Of a stretch of DNA of 64,000 nucleotides, positions 24,475-39,100 are shown piece by piece. Every line of letters begins with the position of its first letter. The first letter of the stretch is position 1. Under the pieces are notes generated by a model, which saw nothing but the letters and a program-made list of their open reading frames with translations, did not search any database and had not been told where the DNA came from. Source of the DNA: Chrysomallon squamiferum (lineage: Eukaryota > Animalia > Mollusca); contig CM022670.1 of the NCBI GenBank assembly GCA_012295275.1, forward strand, positions 11,780,001 through 11,844,000, given 5' to 3'. Made by a program: the position numbers and the translations under genes.

Positions 24475-25099
24475 ATAATTTCCATTAAAAATATTTTTGC
24501 TTAAGCTGTTTTTGTACTGAAATAAATGTAATTGAACTCTGACACTCTATCTGACTTGTTTTTAACAAATAAAATGGCTACACTTGAATAATTATCATTA
24601 TATGATAGAAATTATTTATTGATATAACAAACTTATATCCATCCATACATGGTTACTAAGAAGAAGAGACTAAATGGTGGCATATTAAAAGTATATGTAT
24701 TATGGAGATTATTATTATATTTGTAAATCAATATTATAATATAATAATTTATAATAATAATTTAGAATTGTTGTCATTGGTTATTTAATTATCATTAAAC
24801 TTCTTTACAACATGCTCTTTGTAAATTGAACATATTAGCGAAATGCAAGTTGCATGCAGTAATGCACAGAAATCATTTAAAGTTATATTTTAATGGCCCG
24901 GACAATGGTAACAATACAATTTATCAATTATAAATATAAGGAAAAAATATATATCAATAACAAAAATTAAATTAAAAACGATTAAAATAAAATAGTACAT
25001 ATATAAATGAAAATATGTAACACTTGATAATACCTCTGGTTTACCCTTTCCTAACATTTTGTCCAGATTTGATGACTTCTGCCGTGGTAATGACGACAT
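22163..25099 (-). CDS. TRAPPC5: Trafficking protein particle complex subunit 5, 7 coding exons
   Basis: Spliced translation MSSLPRQKSSNLDKMLGKGKPE|INIATFALLFSEIVQYCQNRVYTVPELQTK|LSEIGQHVGSHLLDVLFLREKGYKREIKLLTMLLFIRSNMWK|TLFGKEADNLEHANDDERV|YYIIEKESLVNRYISVPKDK|GSLNPAAFTAGILEAVLNGANF|PAKVTVHWHKGTAFQIRFDESVIARDKLIDNK*. Exons about 25099-25034, 24325-24237, 23908-23782, 23399-23342, 22923-22864, 22661-22597, 22261-22163. Confidence 0.96.
23095..23165 (-). mobile_element. Possible degraded tRNA-derived SINE fragment in a TRAPPC5 intron
   Basis: Minus strand reads tagagtattggatgtaacagaaaggtcattGGTTCAAGGCCccagac, resembling a tRNA arm arrangement with a B box. No second copy in the window. Confidence 0.3.
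24383..24471. repeat. (AG)n microsatellite
   Basis: Long perfect AG run; it generates the spurious ERERER/SLSLSL ORFs. Confidence 0.95.
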
Positions 25100-25968
25100 G
25101 TTGATAGTTGGATGTATTTATCTGCACACACCTTTCCTAATTTCGCTTTTTATTTTCCTCCCAGAGCTCCAGATAAAACGAATTTACCTAGAGTTAACGG
25201 AAACGCATAACATGTAGGCCTAGATGTCACACTACACACTACAACTGGTACTATACAACATCAAAAACAGTCTATTGTTTGTGTGTATATATATATATTA
25301 TCTGTACTGCAAATGGCAAATAGTGAAATGATCAAATATTAAATAATGTTTACGTGTCCGACAGTCATACATACTCGAAACTGGAAATGAGTGCATGTTA
25401 TTATTCAGATGAAATAAAAGCTGGACCTTGCTTATGTTTGTTTTTATTTCGGTTATTATTATTATTATTATTATTTTTATTTTTATTTTTTTAAATTCGT
25501 TTGGTTTAATGTCTGTTAAATATGAAGAACAAAGTGTTTGCGGTCATAATAATAATACGTTTGGGGAAACTGTAGTTAACAAAACATAGAACTATGGGAC
25601 TAATAAGTGAAAGCATATACTCTACTAAGATATTAAACAAACAAAAATGAAACAACAACAACGTTTTATAATGAAACATCTCGGTGGATCAGTCACAATA
25701 AACTTAAGAATTTGAATATAGTTATGTAATATGATATATTTAAATTTCTGGCTTACTTTTTTACCATATCGAAAGTACAATTTGTTGTTGTTATTATTAT
25801 TATTATTATTATTATTACATTTTATTTTATTTATTTATTCCCCTTCCCCGCTTTCAAAATATTTCAAACTGTCTGCAATAATCGGGCAGCCTACATTTTA
25901 GAATTTTAATATTTTGGTACCATTATCCCCGGTAAAATCATACTTGATTTATTAAAGCAAACATTACC

Positions 25969-26024
<56 letters not shown>

Positions 26025-26067
26025 CAACCCAGAAACACATACAAATTATTTCTCGATATTGTTAGGT

Positions 26068-26319
26068 CAGTGGCGTGCAGAGGTCTGGTAATGCCCAGGG
26101 TCAACACCTCGAATGTATGCCCCAAAGACTCAAGTATAAGGCCTAGTACTGAGAAGTACTATGAGAAAGGAAGATATTTTGAATATGTAAACACAGATGA
26201 AACATAAAATAAAATACTTTATTCGATTTAAATATCAATCAGCCAAATTTATTAAGTTCTTTTATATGATTGGATGCCCCAGGCCACCGCCCCTTCGGTC
26301 CTACTTCTGCTCGCCACTG
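26068..26319. mobile_element. hAT-like MITE (~250 bp)
   Basis: Terminal inverted repeats CAGTGGCGTGCAGA / TCTGCTCGCCACTG (13/14 match); flanking 8-mers TGTTAGGT and TGTCAGTT (6/8, decayed 8-bp TSD); internal subterminal ATGCCC motifs. Confidence 0.75.
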
Positions 26320-27249
26320 TGTCAGTTCCTGATAGGTTAATGCAAACGTTGTTGTGCAGCTACTTTCATAATAACAATATCCTGCCAGAAAGCAACCAAA
26401 TAGTTCATTTTTACCACTGAATGAAAATAAAAAGGTTAACTGTTATAGATAATGTCGTAAGTCGGTATAACCCATCATAAAATCTCTGTTTTCTCAAGAT
26501 GGCCTCGATATCGGTTACTGGGTTTTAACACAGATCTTCATGTACGTGCAGTGTCCGTCAGCGCTATGTTCTATGGCAAATGGAACTCGCTGTCATTAGA
26601 ATAATTCTTTGCCCATTAGAAGAACTCTGAACTGACCATGGCAGTGGTGAATATTTATTAATCCGTGTCGAATTGCTTTTAACACACAACCAATTATTTC
26701 AGAAAATATAAACATAAAAGTTATTCCGGGCATATGAATTTACAGTGAAGTAATTTAAAATAAGTTCATGTAAAGGCAACCAACTGCAGATTATGTTTAT
26801 TTTTAAATTTTTAAATTTCTTTTAATTTTAAGTGATAATAAATAAATAAAAACGTGTATTTGGTCTCTGAAAAAATAACACACAAATGTTTAAAATGAAT
26901 GTGAATGAGAATTATCCTCTGCATTATTATCTTTGAATAACAGTATATGTTTTACTGGCAGTAAGTTCACATTCGTTGAAGAACACTTATTACTAACTAC
27001 GATAAAGTTTCGGTGAAAAAGGAACTTGTATATAATTTCACCTGTAAATCAAACCATGCGTTTGCAGGTCACTTCACGCCAACTGGCTGGCAGATAATTA
27101 CCTTCAAAACACACATGTAGTCCATACATCTGCGCCGAGGATATCAGTAACATTCCAGACTGGCACTTCAGTGATATCTCAGAACAAAACCAAACGTTTG
27201 TCATTTTGATGAACTTGGAATTTCCACCTGCTTACTTTTTAAAAATATT

Positions 27250-27332
27250 AACTTATTTATTTATTCTACTTCTTCTTCTTCTTTTATTATTATTATTATT
27301 ATTATGATTATGATGATTATTATTATTATTAA

Positions 27333-27372
<40 letters not shown>

Positions 27373-27450
27373 TGTAGTAGTAAAAGTAGTAATAGTAGCA
27401 GTAGTGGTAGTCGTAGTAGTAGCAACGGTAGGAGTAGATTTAGTATTATT
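27250..27450. repeat. Compound trinucleotide microsatellite (TTC/ATT/AGT)
   Basis: Visible low-complexity runs. Confidence 0.9.
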
Positions 27451-28432
27451 GTTATTTGCGATTACTGTTGCCAAAGCTATTTATTATTACAACATTCATA
27501 CAATAATAAACACGAATAATAATTTTGTGCATAGTTTTTAGGCGTCTTCTACAGACACCTTAACCAAGAATATAGAACGTATCCGATCTGACGTATTTAT
27601 TTAGCTTTTATAAAACAACAAATTTTAATTAATTAAACGTATATATTTTTATTGCAGTTTTTATTTTTTTTATTTTTTATGTGATCTGCTGAAATGTTTC
27701 TGAGCGGTACATACGGTTAATATCTTACAATCCAATCCCTCCGTCTGTGTTCAGTCTGTTTCTTCTCACATTGTATTTAAAACAAAACAAAACGGACCAA
27801 GCGCCTCTGTCATGTGTCTGCGGTATGCAGTTTCTTTTAGAACAAAGATTTCTAACAACACTGACTGGCGTTCGTCGAAGGTTTCGTATAGTCATCGAAA
27901 AAACGCGTCTGGATTAAAACCAGGGCGTAAAGAACATATCAGTTTTATTGAAAACAAAAGCGGCACCATTTATTCACTGGAATGTAGATGATATTCGACA
28001 CTTTTCAAAATTTCCTTTCAGCTTTTGTATTCTTAGCTTTATACTCATGTTTCCGGCTTTTGCATTGTTGAAACGCTGACTGAGTCTGCAACTTCAAAAG
28101 TATTCCGCCGTTCAGCCGACTCAGCGACATTTCAAGACGCGGCTTTTGGTAGCACTCTCCGCTTTATTTTTATTTAATTCTTTTCCTACGGTGGGAACGT
28201 TTTGCTGATAATGTTTCAGCTTCATGTAAAACATGAAAAGACCAGATGACTTGTTCTAATGGAGAGGATACCACCGAGTAATAATATTCAAGACGGACTG
28301 AAAATCAAATATTTCTTTATTTCAGGGATAGCGAAAACAAACAGGATTTTCTAATGAAAAAAACGAAGAAAAAATTTCGACCCAGATAACAATAATTTAA
28401 TTTGCGCAAGGAAACGAAAACGTTTTGATACT

Positions 28433-29730
28433 ATGATGCTGTTTGTGTTTGTAATAGCTATCAGTGTATGTATCCAGGGAAACGCTTACGGCCGGAGCCT
28501 CATTTATAAACACAGTCACGTTGTTAGCGACAACAACCAGTATTTAATAGATAAAACAGGTAAGAGTTCAGTTATTATTATTTATTGCCTGTATGGGAGT
28601 TAAAAAAAGAAGATATGTGTTCACACACAAACAAGAAAAAAAAAAAAAAAAAAAAAAAAAATAAATAAAAAAAAATAAAATAAATAAATAAAGAAAAGAG
28701 GAAAACAAAAAAAACAAGACAGCAAATAAAAGGTGAACTGTATTCCGAAACTCTGTGAATACAATTAATTTAAAATTTGATAACCCATCAATAATCAACG
28801 GCCTTATTTAAAATTCACATCAATGTCTGTTTTAAATGCGATGTTGTCATATAATGACACACTACACACCTTCTGATCTTCTTTTTCTTCTTTACTTTTT
28901 ATCTTTGTATATATTATCCCCTTAAAGGGACATCATTTCTTGTGACAAATTAGAACAGGTACATTGTTTATGTGTTATGTTTTGCATTAGTTTCTTGTTT
29001 CCTTTGAAGCATTAAATAATGGTTAAGAGAATAATAATAATAAAAAAAAAAAAAATTCATATAACATATATTTATAATTATGTTTTGTACAGCCACATAT
29101 CTCCAGTCAAACGTTAAAGCATTTACAGAAACAGAGTTATACATATATGTAGTTCATAATCAATCGTTCTTTTATTTTTTTACCTTTATAATTAAATAAA
29201 ATATTTGTTTTATATATGTTTGTTTGTTAGCTTTTGGGAGGAATTTTTAATTCTTCTTCTTCTTCTTCTTCTTCTTATTGTTTTCTTTATGAAATGAAAT
29301 ATAAATTAAACAAAACCAAATAGTGAAAACAATTCCGGTTTTGTAAACGTAAATAAAAACTGACTTGCGCCTTTCGACTCCTGTTTTATTTAAGACAAAT
29401 CATACTTAAGAATGAATATTAAACCTGCAGGTATCAAGCTTAAGACCAGAGGTGACCTGGATAAATGATTTGGTATCTATATTTATGTAAATCACGATTT
29501 AAATCACATTGCATTTTTAAAAACTTAAATACATATAAAAACATTTCTTTATGAGTATGCTTTCGAAAATGTTGAAAAGACAAACTTTGGTAATTTTCAG
29601 TTATAACGGATTATTGATATATTTTGAAATCATGCTGGTGTACATTGTAATTCGGTTTAGACAGACTCCGAATTGGACAGGGTCATCTGAACTAGAGCGC
29701 AGATTGCCGCCCATTTGAATTTATGTTTGT

Positions 29731-29779
<49 letters not shown>

Positions 29780-32700
29780 ACAAACAAAAACAGTTATTAT
29801 AAAGTAATAACAATAAAAGTAATAATAATAATAACATCTTTATAATAAGAAGTAATTGGTAACAAGCAACGGTGTTAGATGAGTGTATTTTTCACTATCG
29901 GTTCTCTGTAACACAAGAACACACATCTAAACAGCAAGTGCCCGTGCTCTACACAGTCTCACTTTCCAGAATGTTCTGCGTATCAGTTACAGGAACCTAA
30001 TTATTTTATACGTGTTTCTTTATACGGTTCACGAAATCTATATTCTTAAGAAAACACATTAAAATTATTTTTACTCATTTAAGGAATATAAATAAACAGT
30101 ATAATGGTGGTTTTTTTTTAGAAGTATATTACTTAGATGTCATATGTTAACAAGTTAATATAAAGAAATGGCATATAACGAGGCACACAAGTACGGTGCA
30201 TTACACTTTCAATTTGAATTCCCCCCCATTGTCCCAGATTTATCCATAATAATAGGCCTATTTAGAATTTTATCCATGTTTTCATTTCCTGTATAGAAAT
30301 TAAACCCACGATCGTTTTAATAAATAAATAAATAAATAAATAAATAAATATCTAAACCAGATTTACTTGCGTCAGAAGAAGAATGCCAGTTTATACAGTG
30401 GTGCCGGTTTACACAGATTTTAATCAGAGTTACTGTTCTTAGAATATACATACAGAGCATAAACAGTTTTAATAACAGCGTTTGAGTGAAGTCATAATGA
30501 GAATTAAATATAGCGATGATTTGGAAAAATGTAATGCATTATGCTAATTTAATTTACTTTGACCAACTAGATATATATGAAAATATAAACGATACTTCAT
30601 TATTTTCGATAAATTAATAATTATTACTTATATCTGGTACTTCTCTGATATGAAGCAATGAGTAGTAATAATAGTAGCAGTAATAATAATTGTGGTAGTA
30701 GTAGTAGTAATGATAATAATAAGTTTAATACACATTTATATAGTTTTATTAAGACTGATTTAGTTAATCATTTATTTATTTTATTTATTTTTCAGAATCA
30801 CTTCTTAGTGAGTTGAACAGCTATGAACTAGTTATTCCCGAGTTAGTTAATGAAAAAGGAGAGTTCATCAGTTACCATGTTCAGCATAATTCCATACGTC
30901 ACGAACATCATTCTGCTCGCACGCGACGACACGTCATCACACCAAGTAACAAACTAAGATACCAGAAATCAGTCTTCCCGCCTGGATTTATAAAACAAAG
31001 TCCAGGCCATGTATTTTACAAGTTGAGAGCTTATGGAAAAGTGTTTCAGTTCAATTTGACTCTCAACACAAATCTTTTCACTCAGAACTTTCAGTCTGAA
31101 TGGTGGAACGCTGATGGTTTGGAGAAGAAATCTAGCGACGTGCAGCAGTGTCATTATACTGGTTTTAGCAAAGAACCCGACAAATCAAACAGAGCCGCAA
31201 TCAGCAACTGCATAGGATTGGTAATATCAACGTATTATAATATAACACTAGTACTTGAATATGTTTTAAAAAAAAAATTAACTATGAATACATTTTTTTT
31301 TTTTTTTTTTTTTAAAACGATACTTTAGCCAAAAATAACTTTGCTTAGTTGTCGCAGCGGCAAATTAAGAATTGGATAATATATTACTGTCACTTTAAAT
31401 TAAAATAGTGTATATGACTGTGCAAAAATAGATTATCAAGGTAAAATATATTTGATATGTTTAAAACTCAGATTTGCGTGCGCACACACTATTTTGCCCA
31501 AAACTGACTATAAAATTTATATAAATATGCTTATTTTAGTATGGCGTTTTCTCCACTGATGAAGACGACTTCTTTGTTGAACCTCTCTGGAACCACACAA
31601 ACAACATTGGAAAAGAAGGATATCCTCATATAGTGTATCGTCGATCTTCTCTCAAATCACGCAGCGAGAACCTGCACTGTGGTGTTAGTGGTAAGTTTTA
31701 ACACAGTTGGCTTTAGTGGTACATTTTACAACTGTGGTGTTAATGGTAAATTATAAAGCTGTGGTGTTAATGGTAAATTATAAAGCTGTGGTGTTAATGG
31801 TAAGTTTTAAATCTGGCTTTAGTGGTAAATTTTACAAATGAAGGTGTTGATGGTAAATTTTAAAACGTGTTAGTGATAAGTTGTAACACTGGTTTCAGTG
31901 GTAAAGTTTACAACTGTGGTGTTAATGGTCAATTTTAAAATGTGCTGTTAATTGAAAAAATTTAACACAGTGGTATTAATGGTATGTTTTAGAACTTGTG
32001 TTAGTAGTAAGTTTTAACATTATGGTGTTAGTGATGAGTTTAAAACTTGTATTATTTTTTAACTGTAATATTAGTAGTAAAATTTAACACTGTAGTATTA
32101 GTGGATACATTTGAACATTGGCTGACACACATGGAATGTTAAAAGAACAGAAAACAACAAACACAACAATGAAATATTAATTTATATACAAATAGATGAC
32201 GTTTGTTTTATATATTAAAAACTATAAACCACTCGCACCTGCAAACACACACACATGTTAGTAATCTCAATATTTTCTTAGACATTCAGGAAAAGAAGGC
32301 AAAATGGTTGTTAACCAAGACACCAAGAATTTTCAACGAAATTCTGAAGCCAAAGACGAGACCAAGATACTGGCATGAAGTTAAAAAAGAGAAGTACAGA
32401 AAAGGGGGACGATTCCGGCGATCTGTCAGCAAGGAAAGAGATGTTGAAATGTTGGTCGTCGTTGACAAAAAGATGGTGAACTTTCATGGACCACATGAAA
32501 TAGAACCATACGTCCTGACAATCATGAATATTGTAAGTAACACATAACTGTGATCTGTCCAAACTAAAATTAATCTTATACATTATTTTCTGTATATCTA
32601 TATCTATATCTCTTTGTCTCTTTGTCTCTCTGTATGCATAAATACTACACTAAACCATTACATAGTTATTATTGTTAGTGTGTAATTTTGTATCTGACTG

Positions 32701-33141
32701 AATATTTATGACTATAATTATTTTCTAAAAAGTTTCTTTGTTGATGACAAAGCCTGTGTTGTTGACCTTTCTTTAATTTAAACATATACTTCTTTGAGGT
32801 CAGGTTGCCAAGCTGTTTCATGATCCAAGTATTGGTAATGCTGTCAACATAGTCATCACTCGACTTGTACTCCTAACTGAAGACCAGGTAGTGTTGTTTT
32901 GATATCACAACACACACACACACACACACACACTCTCAAACTCTCATCCATTGTCCATTCATCCACACATATAAACAATCATACACAGAAACACATATGC
33001 ACATTCAGAGAAAGACACACACATATATATACATGTCAAAACACATCTTATTCCTTCTTTCTAATTCTTTTCAATTGATATCTTCTTTTTCCTTATACAT
33101 ACATACATATAAGTAAATATATATATATATATACATATAAA

Positions 33142-33191
<50 letters not shown>

Positions 33192-36100
33192 ACTATTTAG
33201 AAAGATCTGGAAATAAGTCACCATGCTGACAGATCACTGGACAGTTTTTGTAAGTGGCAGCGTGACATCAACGTGAATCACACTTACAAACCTGGAGATG
33301 GCATTGCTCACCACGACAACGCTGTCCTAATCACAAGGTATAAATATTTATAATTATTTTTATCATGAGGTATAAATATATATAATTATTTTCATTATGA
33401 GCTATAAATATTTATGATTATTCTCATAACAATCACAAATATGTTAAAAAAGTAAAAATATTAATGATTATTTTATCTGATCATTCAAATGCTAATGGCT
33501 GAATAATTAAAATAATAATAATAATAATAAAAATAATAATAAAAATTAATAATTTTAATTTAATCATAGTTTATAATTTGTAACTTTTTCATTATAATCA
33601 AAGTTTATTCATTGTAATTTTTATGTTTTATCAAAGTAATTTTACAAATAATTTAAATAAATAATAATTAGTTCTACTTTTTCATTTAAATATTTCCATT
33701 TCTAAAGCATGATTCAGCAAACCTCACAACTAACATATTTAAAGCCCATTTTTATTTTTTTTTTTTTTTTAAACATTCCATGGGAAGGAACGCATAAAAT
33801 ACAGTTTTCTGCTAACATGTGGAGATGCAGCTGTTAATTTTATCTCTCATAAAGAAATAGACATCTATTAACATTTTGTGGTTATTAAACAAATGTATGT
33901 TTATTTTTTCATTCCAGAAAATCTAAATTAAATAGTTTGAAACTTTATTATAATTGCTATGCCTGAGCAGGAGATGTATATTAAAACCCCACCAAAAAAA
34001 CAACAACAACAACAACAACAGTAACAAAAGAACAAAAAATCCACCTATATTCAAATTATTAATATTTCCTCAGTCAAGGTTTTGTTTTCCTTATTAGTAT
34101 TTAAAATTAAGAATACATTATAATGAAATCTTTGCTTTCAGATATGATATATGTACATACAAGAATGAACCATGTGGAACATTAGGTAAATATAACATCA
34201 ATTTAACTGTTTATTTATTTTAATGAATACAGTAATTGGTACCAGTTTATTAGTTCATTTTAAAACACAGAAGATACATCCAGGTAAAAGAAAAATTTTT
34301 AAGGTTTTATTAAAGTACCAATATACATTTTATTTTTTTTTTTTTGTAATTTTGCAGGAAAATGTTTCAGAAATGCAGATGCACCAACATACATACACAC
34401 CCCAAACATAGAAGGATATGTGTACAATACATATATATAATATATAGATACATATACACAAACACACATGCATACTGTTTGTCTATATGTGAAACTGATT
34501 TTTAAGATACATGTATTTTGATGTGTTTTGATAATGTTATTATGCTGAATTTAATTCTTAAATATTTTTATAAATTTATTATCTAAGGTTTGGCACCTGT
34601 TGCTGGTATGTGTGATGAGGACCGCAGCTGCAGCATCAACGAGGACATTGGACTTGCGTCTGCTTTTACAATAGCTCACGAAATAGGTCACAAGTAAATA
34701 GTCTGTTCTTTCATGTTTAACTTAATAATATGAATTAATACATTTTTAAAACTTTTAATTATAATGTTATTATTTTAGAAAGATGATTTGAAAAAAAAAA
34801 AAAAAATAATAATAATAATAATAATTTAACTTAATAATAATGATTATTTATTCACTTTTAATGATTTATTATCATATTTTTGTTATTTAAGACAGCAATA
34901 ATCTGAAACAAAAATAAAGAGAAAGAGAGAGAATTTGGACTAATAGTTAACACAACTACATTTAAGAGAGAGAGAGAGAGACCCACACCCATACACACAC
35001 ACCCACACCCATACACACACACCCACACCCACATATACTTTTATATGTTAAGAAATAAAGGTACATTCCATTTGAGATTCCTAGATTCCTAAATTATTAT
35101 TTTCCTTCTTCAGTTTTGGCATGCATCATGACGGTGCTGGTAATCCATGTGGAACTCCTGGGCATGAACCTGCTCGCATCATGGCTGCCCAGTTAACTAA
35201 GGACACTGTCCCTTTCTTGTGGTCAAGCTGCAGCCAGGAATACATTACCAGCTTTCTGGAGTAGGACATCAGTATTGCTTACAGTAAATATATTGTACTG
35301 AGATGACACAAAGTCAGCCTTCATTTTGAATAAATTGTATCTTAACCATTGTAGTTAAAGTTAATGCTGAGTAATTTAAAAGAAAAAATAAGAAAAAATA
35401 AGAAAATGAAAGATAAAAAAATAAAAAATAAATAAAGAAGAAGTGAAAAGGAAAATAAAGAAAAAGAAAGAAAAGGAAGATCATAAATCAGACTATTCAG
35501 TATTACATGAATGTACAAAGATTTATAAAGATAAATTATAAAATTGCTCTTTTTTCTTCTCAGTTATTTTTTTTTTATAAATATTTAAAATTAAAACAAA
35601 ATCAGAATTAATTTCAGATAAACTATAATTCTCATTAATAATAACTTTAATATTATATTTTTCTAATCCAGCTCAGAGAATGCTAAATGTCTAGAAAACC
35701 ATCCACCAAAACGAGAGTTTCCGTTTCTCAAAGAACTTCCTGGAGAGAGAATTGATGCACATCGTCAGTGCAGTCTGCAGTTTGGACCTCACTCTAGAGC
35801 TTGCAAACTGAGAGTATGTGTTAAACTTACATAACTAACATGTTTGTAAATTATTATATTGCCAGAATATTGAGGATATAATTATAAACAATTGAAAATT
35901 TGTGACATTTTATAGACTGTGAAATAGGTTATAATATAGCTTGGATGAGTCTGTTTTGTGCCACTGCTTGTGAAGTCAAATGTAGTTGTTAAAGGTAGAT
36001 TTCAAGTGTATTTCAACCTAAGCCTCATTACAACCATAGCTAATAAAATGAATAGTTGATTTAAGAGAGGGATAAAAATATGTGATTAATTCAGATTAAT

Positions 36101-39100
36101 TATAAGCAAAAAAAAAAACGACCAAAAAATATGCAGCAATTTGTTGTATTTTATTATGGGGTATCTCTATCAAGGGTCATTCATGATACTCTCTGCACGG
36201 TTTTAATGCTGTTTTGTCAAATGGTCAGTGTTTACTTTATTTTTAAATTACTCTTCAGCAAGTGTGTCGTGAACTGTGGTGTACGGACAACAGAAACCAC
36301 TGTATTACTAACAGCATTCCTGCAGCAGAGGGGACCAAGTGCTACCTGCCACACAAAAGAAAAGGGGTAAGCTCTGTTTACTGGTGTTCATTGATTAGAA
36401 CTACTTATTAACATTTAAAGGGGTAAGCTCTGTTTACTGGTGTATATTGATTAGAACTACTTATTAACATTTAAAGGGGTAAGCTCTGTTTACTGATGTA
36501 TATTGATTAGAACTACTCATTAACATTTAAAGGGGTAAGCTCTGTTTATTTGTGTATCTTGATTAGAACCACTCATTAACAGTTAAAGGTGCAAGCTTTG
36601 TAATTTGAACTGAAAGCAAATCAGGTGAGGCAAACATTTGTATTGAAGACAACATTTTATATTAATGAAAAAAATAGGTAAATAAAAAGTGAAGAAAAAA
36701 TTGATGTATGCTTACATATATCAATTTTGTCTTGGATACATATAAACATATATATATATACAGTTCACATGTTCTTCATTCAACTGACATCAGACGTTGT
36801 TTTCAGTGGTGTTACAGAGGTCAGTGCAGGAAGCACAGTTTCAAGTCAAAACCCATTGATGGAGCATGGAGCAGCTGGTCAAAGTGGGGAGACTGTTCAC
36901 GAACTTGTGGTGGTGGAATTATGTCATGTCATCGCAAATGTGACAATCCTGTGTGAGTTATATCGTTTTTATTTTATTATTAACTGTTTTTTAATATATC
37001 TTTTACTGGATTATTCCACACAAATAAGGAAAAGTAATTTTTGTATCTGTTACATTTCAGCCCAGAACATGAAGGAAAGTACTGTCTTGGAGAACGCAAG
37101 CGATACAGATCCTGTAACATAAAGGTAAATTTATAAATGTTAAGAGTTATTGATTTGATATCAGATATACTATAGTTATCTAAAAATTATGAAGGCACTG
37201 GTGTTAAAAATTGTGTGTGTGTGTGTGTGTCCTGCTCAGGTTAAATGACCTAATTCATCTTAGTATAACCTCACTGAATTGGGCAATTCTTACCTTCACA
37301 GGATAAAGCTGATATCTTATTAAAGAGCTGGTTATTGGTTTTGTATGTAAGTATTTAGTGTTATTTTCAGGATTTATTTCAGTGTTTATTATTTGTTTTT
37401 ATTTTTAAAACTTATTCAGGCATGTCCTCAGAATTCTGCAGAGTTCCGTGAAGTTCAGTGTACTAGTTTCAACAATGTCCAGTTTCGTGGTCGTTTTTAC
37501 ACCTGGAAACCGTACACAGGAGGTTGGTGCATTTCACTACTGGATTAAAATTAAACTAGAAAATGTTTTTTTTTTTAAAATAAACTACATATAACATTCG
37601 AAGTTCAAAAATAAATTATAGAAAAGTATTTTAAAAAGTCTATAATAGTAGATTAAAAATAAAAATAAAATTAAAACCTACTAAATAGTAGTTTAAAATT
37701 AAAGAATAAAGTAGTAGCTTATAGTATAAACTGACCAGAAATTCATTTTTAAAAACAGGAACACATGTAATTTAAACAGATACGTCTAAGTCAAAATGAT
37801 TTTGCTGTTAATAGCTTGTTTGTTATGATAATTAATTACCCATTGTGAACTGTGTCAATAAATATTATATCTAATTCTGACTGTGGCTGCTAACACAATA
37901 AATATTTACTTAAAGAGTATGATTACATTTGAATGAACATTGTCCCTTGTTTTTTTTTGTAGTTCTAATTTTGATTATTAATATAATGAATGGATGGGGT
38001 AATACCTATTTGTTACAATTGAAAAAAAATTCTAATACTGACTATAGTCATTAACACAATAAAATAATTAATGAATGATTTAAAAAACATTTATTGACGC
38101 CATAGTTTACCAAGGGACGTAATTCTGTTTTGTCAGTGCTATAACAGATGAGTATTTCTGGTTTAAAATTTATGTTTTTTCAGCACAGGTGAAGCCATGT
38201 GCATTAATCTGCATGGCAGAAGGCTACAACTTTTATACAGAGAGAGGCTCCAAGGCTATAGACGGAACAAGATGCTACCCAGACCAGCTTGATGTCTGCA
38301 TCAATGGAGAATGTCATGTAATATTAATATTAAAACTCTTAATAACTATTAATAAAGTATTAATCACGTAAATTATTATTAATTGGGTAAATCATTAATA
38401 GCTGTTAATATAAAAATTACTTGTGTAAATTATTACTAATTGTTAATATGATATTACTTGTTTAAATTTGTTAATAATTTATAAATATAGTATTAATTGT
38501 TTGAACTATTAATAATTATTAATATAAAGTTACTTGTGTAAATTATTTATAATTATTAATATAGTATTAATTATGTAAATTATTAATAATTGTTAATATT
38601 GTAACAACAATAATAATATTTTCACTTCATTATATAAACTTCAATATTTGTAACAATATTTATCACTTAATTATGCAGCAGGATGTAATCAGTATTTTGA
38701 CGTTTTTAAAACTTTCCTGTCGGAACTGTTTCTAATCTATCAATCTTTCAGCTTATTAAGATTGTTTTGTCAGGTTGTGGGCTGTGATGGAATCCTAGGG
38801 TCTCCTATGAAGGAGGACAAGTGTAGAGTTTGTGGAGGAGACAATAGTACATGCAGAACAATGTCAGGAGTCCACACTCGACCTTTACCTAAAGGAGGTT
38901 TGTTGTAAAATTCCTTCTGTTAAACAGCACATGTTGTAGTATCAGTAAATAATCTAAAAAAAAATTGTTTTTATGTCCAAGTTGCTAGTTTATTGTTTTG
39001 TTGACTTATCATTGCTTAAAGCAAAGTAATAATTTTATTTTTTATAATTGTATTATAAAACATTTCAGTGCCTCCTTTAACCCCTTTACAGCTGAGGTCA

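Noticed and set aside
24190-24504. ORFs with ERERER / SLSLSL and 27253-27519 poly-T/S ORFs
   Set aside because: Microsatellite translations; the real coding sequence at 24237-24325 is a TRAPPC5 exon on the minus strand in another frame.
36361-36596. CRISPR-like regular repeats (also 31678-32105, 42025-42330)
   Set aside because: Head-to-tail units without unique spacers, inside eukaryotic introns, no cas genes.
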